Program-made: the position numbers and the translations under genes
Assembly: GCF_038025025.1 (NCBI RefSeq)
Contig: NW_027117341.1
Span: forward strand, 496,001-560,000
Source: Phyllosticta citribraziliensis
Taxonomy: Eukaryota
Reading direction: 5' to 3'
DNA: 64,000 nucleotides
Notes under the pieces: generated by a model
Told to the model about the DNA's origin: nothing
What the model saw: the letters and a program-made list of their open reading frames with translations, nothing else
Database searches by the model: none
Shown: positions 24,275 through 34,505 of the stretch, in pieces
Layout: each line of letters starts with the position of its first letter
Position numbering within the stretch: position 1 is the stretch's first letter

Positions 24275-25035
24275 TCATTTTTTGATGACCTCTATCTGCG
24301 TAGCAAGATAAATCGTGTGGTAGTCCCGTATAGCCAATGTTAAGGCAAGTTGTTCATGATCAGGGCGGAACATGTTTCGGTAAGAGACCCTCATCCAGGT
24401 GGCCGGGTGTTTGGGTATTTGTTTGTGGCGTTCATTTGACGCCATATCCCAGAGATCGTCATTTGCCTTCAATCTTCAAGATCTCGCTGATTAAAGTTTC
24501 CTGGTCCAGGTCTTTGATTTTCTCGGCGACGAGGCCCACGAAGATTGCCTTCAATCGCTCAGGTTCCATGCCGGACAACTCGAGGTGGCGGGCTGTTTTC
24601 GTGTCGTTGTCGTCGTCGACATTGTCTGCCGTCATGCTGGTATCATCTTCAGAATCTTCCTCGTAGCTTTCCTCGTCGTCGCCGAGAATTCGGCAGCAGC
24701 AGCAGCCCTGAAACAAGTCTGTCAGTACAAAGATATGAACCAAGCCAGTGCAACCTCGAGAGAGGTACGAAGGAGGGGGGGAGGCATTCGAGATGTCAAT
24801 GACGCCAAAAGATCGAGAAATAGGAGTGGTTGGTTGGCTCTCAAAGTCTCAAAGCCCAGAGGTATTGAGGGCATACTCACTCGCGTTCCTTTTTGGCTCT
24901 TCGCTTCTTCTGTGATGGTCGACGCGCATTGCGGACTGGTTTCAGCCATTTCTCTGGCTGGTCGGGATACTGCTCCCGCCTGGCGCGGACACGAGCACGG
25001 TGGCTTCCTCTGCGGTCTGGTTTGCTCCTCGTCAT
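24275..25035 (-). pseudogene. Frameshifted paralog of the 5' part of the 29430-30458 gene
   Basis: Exon 1 (25035-24881) MTRSKPDRRGSHRARVRARREQYPDQPEKWLKPVRNARRPSQKKRRAKKER ends at a phase-2 GTGAGT donor, like the paralog. Acceptor at 24708. Exon 2 starts AAAAAEF, then needs a frameshift near 24685 to reach the acidic frame GDDEESYEEDSEDD, and another near 24470. Confidence 0.55.
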
Positions 25036-25490
25036 GATTGCAAATGGGATTCGAAGGCGGGGGCGAAGAGGTCAGAGTGGAACAGACAGCGGCTTGATGA
25101 AGCGGAGAAGAGGGGTGGAGAGTGGAGTGGAGGAGGAAATGGAGTGGAGTGTGGGAGGTATGAGGCACATGGGCAGAGGCTGTGTGCCAGTGACAGAGCA
25201 GGACCCGGAGGAGGAAGGCGCTACCAAGAGGAGAAGTCACGTCGCCACCCACGACCCACCTCACACAACCTGGCACCACTCTCCTCACGTCAACCGAATC
25301 ATCTGCCGGCGGATACCTCTGCGGGCAACTTCCAATTGAAGGGCCTTTTGGTTTACAGTCTTTCTCGCTCTCCGACAATCCACCACACGTCTCACCACCA
25401 TTCTCAGCACCCTCAAACCCCTTCAAACACTCGAAGTATCCCCTCAGAGCCCAGGACCCAGATTCCAGACCCCAGAAGTACTCTGAAGGG

Positions 25491-25751
25491 ATGATGGAGC
25501 AACAAAAGGCCAGAAATAAAGGCAAAAGAAGAGCCCAAATGGGCCCGCGAGCTCGCCGACGATACAAAGCACGCATCCAGGAACAAGAGCAGGATCAACA
25601 CGACAGCGGCAACAAGGAAGCCCTGAGCTCAGGCAGTGAGTCTGACGAGAAGACTGGCTCGGGAGGAGAGGCTGTTCCCCTCGGTGGTATGCTCGTTTCC
25701 GTAGCCAGCAGCCCGTCGAATTTTCTCCATCGTGTGTGCCAGAACGGATAG
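25491..25751 (+). other. Short ORF or gene fragment homologous to exon 3 of the 29430-30458 gene
   Basis: KRRAQMGPRARRRYKARIQEQEQDQ aligns without gaps to KKRARMGQRIRRQIKAHMEQQQQQQ. Confidence 0.45.
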
Positions 25752-26757
25752 GCGATGTCGTCGCCGTCAATGTCGCAGACCATGGCCGAGAAGACAAAAT
25801 AAGCAAAGACTCACTCGTCGACATTGGTCTTTTCGATATCCTTGAAGCGGTATCCGTACATGCAGGCAAAGTGGCAAATTGCGAGCACAAATGGATCGGG
25901 GTCTACATCTTGCATGTTGGTGTAAACGCTAGATCATTGGGCGTAGATCTCATCGAAGTGGGAGCCTTGCTGACCTGAATGCGGGTAGATTTCAGCGCTC
26001 AGATGCTTGGGTCGGCAACCATTGGCTCTAGTAATATACCTTTCACGTTGATCGAGTCACTCATGGTCAGCAGTTGTAGCGGAGTCTTGAAATAACTTCA
26101 AGCTGGACTGGTGGCTTTGAGGTTTGTCTCGTAGATGGTTGCTGAAATTTTCACTGGCAAAGAAGTTTGAGGGCGGTAGAAAGAGGCAAACAAGCAGAGT
26201 TTGACAGCCACGGAGAAGATGCCTGAGGCGTCGGCGTTGCGTCGTTTGGGAAGCATGTGGGATATCGGCACCGCACGCGGGCGCGTCTGAACAACAACAA
26301 CAAAGCCGCCTGATCTGCTGCCCCAAGATTTGGCGAGCTTTCGCCTAACAGCCCGCATGATTTCTGAGGAACCTCGACGCCTTCAACGCATCAAGCTCAC
26401 CGATCACTACACGACGTGTTCCATCACGACACCCAAGATTTGGCTCTGTCAGTGGGGACGCATGTTCCAGCCCTCTCTCGCCCATCAAACCAACCGACCT
26501 CAGCATCACCACCTCCCTCCTCGCTCGAGCCCTTGAAATCCTTTGGGTGTTACTTACTCCCTTCTGGTCACCTCTTCAACAGTTGGCTCGCCGACAGTCC
26601 CCTCGGTTAGTTTCTTGCGCTTGATCCCCCATCAGGTGCCCGCACGTCATTCACGACTGTGGCTCCGCTCTTGAGCTTTTCGCTTGCATGCCTACTGCTC
26701 ACGAGAAGCTTATGCTAACGAGTGGCAGACTCTCCCTGTCGTTTCAAACACAACAGC

Positions 26758-27786
26758 ATGGATTCCGGCACCATGTCCTCCAATCCGCCACCCGAGAATC
26801 ACTTGCAAGCAATTCTGCGCCAACTCAAATTCAATTCTTTGGAAGAGCTCAAGCAGGAATACATTTTGAAGCCGAGTTTCTTGGGACCTTGGAAACACTT
26901 CCGGGATAACGTGATCTGGGACCCAAAATCCCCGGGCTGCGAAAGACAAAAGTTGGAATCAGTTGTCGACAAAATCGTCAGGGAAATTGACAAGCGTGAG
27001 ATGAGCACCTATGTCGCCCTTGAAGATGAGCATATCGACATTTCGGATTACACTGTGCAAGATCACTTGATTCGTCTTGTGGTCTCTGTTGCGGTTGCTA
27101 CAAAGCGGGCTCGCAGTGTTGTGCAGGTTGAAGGCTCTGAGGACACAACCCGTCGCTTTGCGCGTGGAATCATTGCCTTGGCGAAGGAGCTTGGCTACCA
27201 GTATTTGCCGGCTGTGCGCGGCTACCTGGCCAAGGAAGTTGACAAAGCCACCGGTCCATCCATCCACAAGAACGCTCAAGCAATCCTCCACAACCTCGAC
27301 GGTGTGGATGAAGAGAATAGCCGCATTTTCTCTGCCGCACTGAGGGATTTGCAGATCCAAAGAGGCATTGGGGAAGATGAAATGGATTTCACGCCGTGGG
27401 ACCTTCTGGCAGCAAATGTACAGCGGCCTGAGCTTGATTCCAGAAAAAGCAACTTGGATGACCACGCCTCGTCCGGTCTGACGACTCTCGAAGCTCCCGA
27501 TGAACCCAACTCCACGCGCTATCATGCTGCCAGGCCTCCGTCTGGAGCGGCCTGTGGAAATGTGGCGGAAGGAAAGGATTTAGCCACTGTCAAAAAGCAG
27601 AGCCTTGAAGACTACAGACAGGGGCTGCTCAAGGACCTTGATGACTGCAAGAAGGATTTCGAAGCAGTCCGGTCTGGCGAACTCCCGAAAATCGAGCTTG
27701 AAGGAGCGCTTGAGATTTACCAAGACGTCAGGGGAAGATTACCTGGAGCTATTTGGCCAAGACGACTTTCTCGCGCCCTACCCTGA
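26758..27786 (+). CDS. Orphan helical protein, possibly frameshifted near the C-terminus
   Basis: 342-codon single-exon ORF from ATG 26758 with protein-like amphipathic helices. After ~27730 an alternative frame (GEDYLELFGQDDFLAPYPEKIDD) looks more protein-like than the annotated end. Confidence 0.6.
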   Translation: MDSGTMSSNPPPENHLQAILRQLKFNSLEELKQEYILKPSFLGPWKHFRDNVIWDPKSPGCERQKLESVVDKIVREIDKREMSTYVALEDEHIDISDYTVQDHLIRLVVSVAVATKRARSVVQVEGSEDTTRRFARGIIALAKELGYQYLPAVRGYLAKEVDKATGPSIHKNAQAILHNLDGVDEENSRIFSAALRDLQIQRGIGEDEMDFTPWDLLAANVQRPELDSRKSNLDDHASSGLTTLEAPDEPNSTRYHAARPPSGAACGNVAEGKDLATVKKQSLEDYRQGLLKDLDDCKKDFEAVRSGELPKIELEGALEIYQDVRGRLPGAIWPRRLSRALP

Positions 27787-28544
27787 GAAAATTGACGACT
27801 GAGTCAAATCGCCTTTGAACTTCTTAGGCTGCGGTCCTTCCGATTTCCCCAGCAATTGCGTTCGCGGATCGGCGGTTGAAGACAAAGCTTGGTGACGTCT
27901 GAGCTAATAATCACATTGCGATAGAAGGGAATGGTCTTTGAGTCTTGGGTCAATCTTGATAGCCAGCACGCTACGGGTGGGAGAGCCGCCATTTGAAGAC
28001 ATTTGGCGGAAGCTTCGAGGGTTTTGAATTTTGGGTGCGTCTGCGATGATTGCTTTTGACGAGAAATGGCGAGCGACTGCCCGACCGTTTGAAGGAGTCT
28101 GATGGAAGAATCGACAGGAAGTTTTGAGGCTTGAGTGCCTCAAGATCTATTGCTCTTGAGTGAGGATTGCGGGCAGATTCTTGCCCGTTTGAGGCCTTCG
28201 ATGGCAGGGTGGAGGAAAGTTTCGAGTTTTCAGTGAGTCAGGATCGATTGCTTTTCACGACGAACGGCGAGTGGCTTCTTGGTAATTCGGACAAGCTCGG
28301 CAGACAGATGGGCGGAAAATCAGTGCACTGGAGCGGTAGCCATGGAAACGAATGGATGGATGCTCTTTAACAAGTGCAAGCAACCCCTGACGTTCTAGTA
28401 TTTTTAGACGCTTCAAACGCTGTCAAGTGCCTGTCCGAAAGGGGCAATGTATCCCCTTTGCCCTTTGGACGTCTATTACGTGCCATGTGCTTGTCAGTAG
28501 CCGAAAGATCCAGTAGACTTTTGAAGATACAAAAATATCTCTTA

Positions 28545-28774
28545 CCCTTTTCGGTACGCAACTACAACTTCAAACGTCTGAGCAAGTCTGGTCCGTAATC
28601 GTTGGTCCATGTCGTCGGTCCACGTCGTCGGTCCACGTCGTCGGTCCAAAGTATTTGGTCCGGTCCGGGTCACTGGTCCCCCTCCCATAAATATCGTCGG
28701 TCTGGTCCAGATCCGTCGTTGGTCCGATTTCGGTGCTTCTAGACGTTCGAAGTTGTACTGCAGTCCCTAAAGGG
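28545..28774. mobile_element. MITE-like non-autonomous TIR element with internal GGTCC repeats
   Basis: Imperfect ~35-bp terminal inverted repeats at 28545-28579 and 28741-28774 (both start CCCTTT; inner 17-mer TACAACTTC[A/G]AACGTCT matches 16/17). TA flanks both ends. Ten co-oriented GGTCC words lie inside. Confidence 0.6.
28611..28648 (+). repeat. 13-bp tandem repeat GTCGTCGGTCCAC, about 3 copies
   Basis: GTCGTCGGTCCAC GTCGTCGGTCCAC GTCGTCGGTCCA read directly. Confidence 0.9.
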
Positions 28775-29429
28775 TAAAACGGCACTTTTGACTTTGAACA
28801 CGAGTTTAGAGATGCTGGAAAGATTGGAGAAATACCTACGGGCCATCCCAGGGTATTTTGAAGCCACTGTATTAAATATTGAAGCTAGAGCAGCAGACGG
28901 TATCGCCATTTGTCCGTGCTCAGGGGGTGACAGGGGTAGGAGATGCCCGATGTTGTGCGGCAAAAGTGCTCTGGCGGGTACAATTTTCAGGGGTAGCCAA
29001 ACCAAACATGATCGAAGGAATCTTCTAAACGACACTACAGTCAGAAGTGTAGAGTGGCTAAACGCGTTAACGCAAAGAACCTGCCAGAGGTAACTGGCCA
29101 CCCCGCAACACAGAGATATTTCCTTGCAGCGAACATCAGCTTAATTGAGAGCAAACTTCCGAGAGAAGAATATTCTTGCTTGTTCTCTTCGAATGAATGA
29201 AGCTATCGAGCTATGGGAAACCTATTCCGTGAAAGCAACTACCTACGCCCCTCCTATTCTTCCTGCTTCGGAGGCGAGTTCGTTTTCTGCTTTAAATGAA
29301 GGAGCGTCCGAGAAATGACTGCAAGCTAATTGCACGCCTTCAAAATCCCCTTTTCGATCGCTTTGCTCCCCCCGAAGAGGCGCGAGGCGCCTTCCTGTCC
29401 ATTTGCAGCAGGCCCAGTGACAGTGTGTA

Positions 29430-30458
29430 TCAGGGTTTGGCAATAGCGGCCTGCCATTTCCCAAACATCTTGCCTGCCCGTGCCCTTAAGTTCGAAGGGA
29501 TTGATTTCCGCCCCGATATCGCCTTCAGTACCCTCTCAAGCTGAATATCTTTGACTTTGTTGTTGAGAATGTAGCCTTCCAGCTCGTCGAGATGTGCAAA
29601 GAACTGAGTAGCAGACCCACTGGTCTGAGGTGGGTCTGAAAGCAACGTCTGAAGGTGGTGGCGGAGAGCTGTGACTGAAGAGTCAAAAATTGATTAGAAC
29701 ATTCACAGACAGATCGAAGAGAAGACGAGCTTACTTCGTTGCTTGGCAATATCAACCGGAACGCGGAAAAACTCCTCCTCATCAGATCCTTTTTGCGACA
29801 CCTCCTCAATTTGTTGCTGCTGCTGTTGTTCCATGTGGGCTTTGATCTGCCGACGGATACGTTGACCCATACGGGCTCTCTTCTTGGTCTGGCGTGGCTG
29901 TGGCGCCGAGGGCAGTCCAGGCTCGTCGTCATGGAAATCTTGCTTTTCACTATTGGAAAGATATCAGTACACGTTGAGACCTTGTTCACAGTGAAGATCG
30001 CCACATACAGTGCGCTTGGCGAGGGAGGGGAGTCGAAGAGGTGATCATCCTCTTCGTCACTCTCACCATGACCGTCGCCATTGGTCTCACCGCTTCGGAA
30101 GACAGCGTTGTCACTGTTGAAAGATATGGCATCGGCGACGGCGGCGGCTCTGAGATTGCTTTTGCGATACGTCAATCAATCAATGTGGCTTGTGGCGAGG
30201 AGTAAAACGCAGATCGAAAGACCGAAACCAAGGGATGAACAAGGCAGAGAGCCCAGCGGGGAGAAGATTATCGATTCGCAAAGCTCAAAGATGTTGGGGA
30301 AGTACTCACGCGCGGTTCCTATTCCTCTGCCTCTTCTTCCACGCATTGCGCGCGAGCCATTTTACAGGCTCACCCGGGTTCTTGTTCTTGCCCTTGGTGG
30401 TGAGGACACGGGCGAGGTGCTTGGGCTTGCGAACTTGGCTAGCTTTGAATCCGGACAT
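29430..30458 (-). CDS. 249-aa basic/acidic putative nuclear protein with C-terminal TFIIS-N/LEDGF-IBD-like helical bundle, 4 exons
   Basis: Exons 30458-30310, 30149-30009, 29949-29735 and 29674-29430 (750 nt), GT..AG and in frame. C-terminus ITALRHHLQTLL...FFAHLDELEGY...IQLERVLKAISGRKSIP..LRARAGKMFGKW matches by eye the LRHKLQ...KINKVLKAI..L.SIP...LL.KW pattern of fungal PWWP-protein TFIIS-like domains. Confidence 0.65.
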
Positions 30459-30848
30459 GACTGCTCTGATGGTTAAAGATTGAGAGAGGGAGGCAATAGA
30501 GTGTTCGAAAGTCTGGGTAGTGCTGGGCAGAAGAGAGAGGATGGATGGAGTGTGAGCAATCTGGGTGGAGGTCGCGGTTGTCAGCGCGTATCCAAAGGGG
30601 AAGGCACTGCCAAAGAGAGTAGGCACGTCATCGATCACGCCGACCCGCCAGTGGCCCAACTTGAGCTGCAAGTGCTTCCGGTTGTAGAATTCGACCAGCA
30701 AGAACTCCCAGGGCCAGGCGTCGAAACTGGTAGTCCACCCGATCCCTTTGAATTGCAAACGTCTGTCACTTGCGCTGAATTTAGAGGCGGTGGGCACTAC
30801 TGTGCACTCCGGACTTGTAACTCAAGAATTACTGCGTTGATACTCTTA

Positions 30849-30875
30849 CCCCCCCCCCCCCCCCCCCCCCCCCCC
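30849..30875 (+). repeat. Poly-C homopolymer (27 nt)
   Basis: Direct count. It lies between the TFIIS-N-like gene and the zinc-finger gene. Confidence 0.9.
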
Positions 30876-31474
30876 GCCTGAATGAGCACAGTTGGCGGTT
30901 TGCTGCTCTCTTTTGGTGTCGAAGATCTTGGTACACGCACTTCGGGAGCTCAAAACCACACATCTCCGTGATTTCAGATCACAGAATCAAGCAGTGTATG
31001 GTGTCATGTCCATGTCGACTGTCGACTCCCTCGACCACATGCCCGCTACCTCTATTTTGACTTGTCTTGTAATGCCACGAAAGTCATCAGGAAGACATCA
31101 CATGGAACGGCACTCAGTCAGTTGTGCCGCAAACGGGCATGGACACGCAGGCAGCGCTGAACAGTAAAGACCCGTATGAACACTTGAATGCTCCCCATGG
31201 GTATATGCTACGGAGTTGGAATGCTTCTTGTCTGCGCGCCTTCATTCAAATGATTTGGATCCTCCCTGTGTGCCATCGCCGCGGTGAGAGACGGGAAAAT
31301 GACTTGGCGTACTCAAGCATCTTGACTTAATCCACATTGCCATGTTCGATCAACTCGACAAAGTCCGCCGCGGCGCGCAAAATGTGAAACAAAAACCTCT
31401 CGACGGACCGGAAGATATTGCCACCTCTCCCTGAAAACAGAGCACTTCTGAAAGGGAAGAATTTGAAAGACTTC

Positions 31475-32883
31475 TTAACCCATAGGACCGTGATCAACCC
31501 AGATGACGTCGTCTTGGTCTTCTCCTGGCATGTCATTTCGACCAGAGAGCCACAACCGCTGGGGATTGCGAAGGTGACTTTCATGCTCAAGCATTTTAAT
31601 AAAAAGATCAAGGTCAGCATTCTCTTGCTCATCAACAAAGAAAGAGTAGAGCTCTGTCTTTGCGAAGATCATTATAAGACCAAGGCCTTGAAACGGAGTC
31701 CAGCGTATATGCCTCATGTACGTTGCTAGTATAGTGGCAGAGAAGACCAACGTAAACTCAGTCAACTTCTGTGCCAGAACTCTGACAAAATCAGTAAAGC
31801 TTCGCCGATCTAGTGAGAGACCTGACGTGCTCGTGATGATGATGAAAAGATGGCCGCCTTGGGGAACGGCATCGATGACAGCCATGTTTGCTCGAACGAT
31901 GGCGACTGGGTTAGACTTTGGCATCCAGGAGACATTTTGGCCGGCTGACTGCTTCTCATACGTGGCGGAGATCCAGTTGAAGACTCGTCGCGGCACCATG
32001 CCATTCATGAGCCTTTGGCCCAGGATTCGACCTTTTTCGCGCTCGATTGAACGCTTTTCTTCCTGGCCTACTTGGACTCTGGTACCATTGATGTTCTCAC
32101 TATGGGTGCCGCGATTTGCGGATTCTCGGCCGATGACCAAGCAATAATCATTTTCTGTTGGTCTCGCGGGTCTCACTGGTGATGTTGGCCACGAGATCGT
32201 CGAAATGTCAGAGGGGGGCGATTCCTCTTCTTCAGGCTCGGGCTCGGGCTCAGCCTCCTCGAGGGGCTCTTGCGCTTCGTTCTGCGCCGTGTTGACACCG
32301 TGGGTCGTTCGAGTGTGTTTTGCCAGAACGTCTGATCTGGCAAATCTCTCTCCGCAGACAGCACACATGAAAGGCCGCTCGTCACTGTCTACTTCATTAT
32401 TAGCGACTACGATTTTGAGGCATAGCGTGGCAACTTACGAGAAGCCAGGTGCCTCTGCAGGTTGTGTTTCCTGCCGTATGTTTGGTGGCATTGTGCGCAC
32501 TCGAATCGTCCCTCTCCATTCAAATCGAAGCTCTGTTCGTTTGCAGGACCTGCAGCAGCCTGTGGGGCTGCTGTTTCTGGCGTGGGCTCCCTTGATGGCA
32601 GATTTGGTGTTGCGCTCGGTGACGGCGAGCTTGATCCTGATGACGAAGAGATCCCCTCCCATTCTTCGTCGCCGATTTCCGAGACGTTTCCTTCTTGTTG
32701 GGACCTGGAGGCCGGTGTGTCCGGTGGGCTTGAAGAAAGAGGGCTCGTGGAGCGGGACGATGTTACGGTGATTTCGACCCGTGGTTGGGCCCTGGCATAT
32801 GTGGCTGGTGGACTGTCTTCCGAGTCCGAGTCTGAGTCTGAGCTGGAGCTGCTCGAGTCCAGGGAGAGGGCATTTGGGGCGAG
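31475..32883 (-). CDS. Two C2H2 zinc fingers fused to a divergent serine-recombinase (resolvase)-like domain; 5' exon(s) uncertain (up to ~33248)
   Basis: Exon 32883-32439 encodes a Ser-rich region and FECAQCHQTYGRKHNLQRHLAS. A 50-nt intron at 32389-32438 follows. Exon 32388-31475 encodes H-SDERPF-MCAVCGERFARSDVLAKHTRTTH, an acidic linker and an alpha/beta domain starting CLVIGRES. The zinc fingers are confident; the recombinase fold is inference. Confidence 0.7.
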
Positions 32884-33646
32884 CTGAGTGAAGACAAGTC
32901 GTTAGTAAGAGCCATGTGCAAGATCAGGAATGCTCCGACTGTTAATGTACTTACCCCTTTGTGGGCGCGACGGGATCGTCTCCATCGTCTGCTCAACTGC
33001 AATGACGACGACAAAGTTCTGGGGAGGGACGGGACGTTTGTGTTGAGCGGCGAAAGGTTTGGAGGAGATGAGATGAGAAGGGAAAGTTGTGGGGGATTTG
33101 GGCGGAGGCTCAGGTTGTGTGCGTCGGGGGCGGAGCCAGACCCCGAGGAGGCAGGCACTGCCCAAAAGGGAAGGCACCTCGTCCACCGCCCACTCACCTG
33201 CCTGCTCGCACCACTCTCCACCGCAGCAACTTCAAGCAGATAGTACATACGTTACCTTACCCTCCAGCCATTCGAACGCGCTGTCAAAGAAAGAGTAAGT
33301 CCATTGGCCTCCTTGATCTATCGAGCATGATTCTCGCTGACTGTCGACCATTACCCTGTCACCCAAGAGACAAAGACTCCCGTATTTGTGACCGAGAGGA
33401 TGCCGCCTTCAGAACCCATGACCCAGACCCATAATAACCAATGCCAATCATGAGTTCTCCAAGTTTCCAATTCCCTCCCAAGGGTCCTGGAGCATTCACG
33501 TCTTCTCATGTACCGCAAACCCTGACGTTGGTCAGCAACACGGTAAAATCTACGCTTGAAGTTGACGACAGACCTCATGAACGCTTCCAACTTGCAGACA
33601 GAGCTCCCATGCTCGAGTCTTCTAGAACCACGGTTCAGGCGGGAGA

Positions 33647-34081
33647 TTACTTGACTTCGGTCTTGACTTGTTCGCATCCAGGACCATCGCGTCCACTCTT
33701 TTCCTCCGCTTTCTGCTTCTTATTCTGACCACCATACAGTCTCTCAACCCGAGCCGCTACTCCAGAGATATCTTCCGACATGCGCTGCAGACGCTCGAGC
33801 GACACCATATCCCTGGTCGCGGCCAGCAGCTGCTCCATCTCCCTCTCCCTGGCTTCGTACTGACGCAGCAGATTCTCGGAGCAGCTCGACAAGATGTCGA
33901 CGATGTCGCGGACCCTGCGGTGCAGATCTCCGATCTGTCGGTACTTCGCTACGCCCGCGTGGGCTAGATCGTCGCCCAGCTGTGTGATGGCGTTCTCCAG
34001 GCCCTTGAAGGCGGGCTGCAGATCTTTGAACGTCGCTTGAGCAGAGCGCGAGGTCTGCTTGTCGGAGCTCTGGGGCTCCAT
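33647..34081 (-). CDS. Orphan coiled-coil protein (144 aa)
   Basis: ATG 34081. Heptad-like helices FKGLENAITQLGDDL and LLRQYEAREREMEQLL, with GC3-biased codons. Confidence 0.6.
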   Translation of the reverse strand: MEPQSSDKQTSRSAQATFKDLQPAFKGLENAITQLGDDLAHAGVAKYRQIGDLHRRVRDIVDILSSCSENLLRQYEAREREMEQLLAATRDMVSLERLQRMSEDISGVAARVERLYGGQNKKQKAEEKSGRDGPGCEQVKTEVK

Positions 34082-34505
34082 TGTTTTCTGTGTGCGCGAA
34101 TCAGCCGTGGCCTGTCGAGGATAGATCCGAATACTCACTAAGCGGGAGAATTTGTTGATATTCGCCAACTTGCTAGGGGGAGAGGCGGTAGAGTGAGAGT
34201 GGCCAAGCCGACTGTAGTCGTGGAGTCGCCAGGTGGATGCGTTTTCGCTTCGGGCTTGCAAACAAAAGAGCGAGGCGAAGGGAGGCGACGCGCTGGAAGG
34301 CACAGAGTAGGTGACTGACAAACATCCTTTCGCAATCCAAGTCCATTCACTTACCCCCCATCCACCACTCCGGTCACAGGCACCTCTCTCTTCCAGACAG
34401 CACCCGTCAATCAAGCATCCTCCAGAATCCGCCACACTCTCGCAACCCAACTCCTCTCCAATCCCCAACAGCGCAGTCCAGCTCTCACAAACCTTCTCCC
34501 ACCTT

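Noticed and set aside
24275..27100. Possible paralogy between the 24275-24472 frame and the 26758 orphan (shared DH plus hydrophobic helix)
   Set aside because: The similarity is too short to distinguish from chance by eye.
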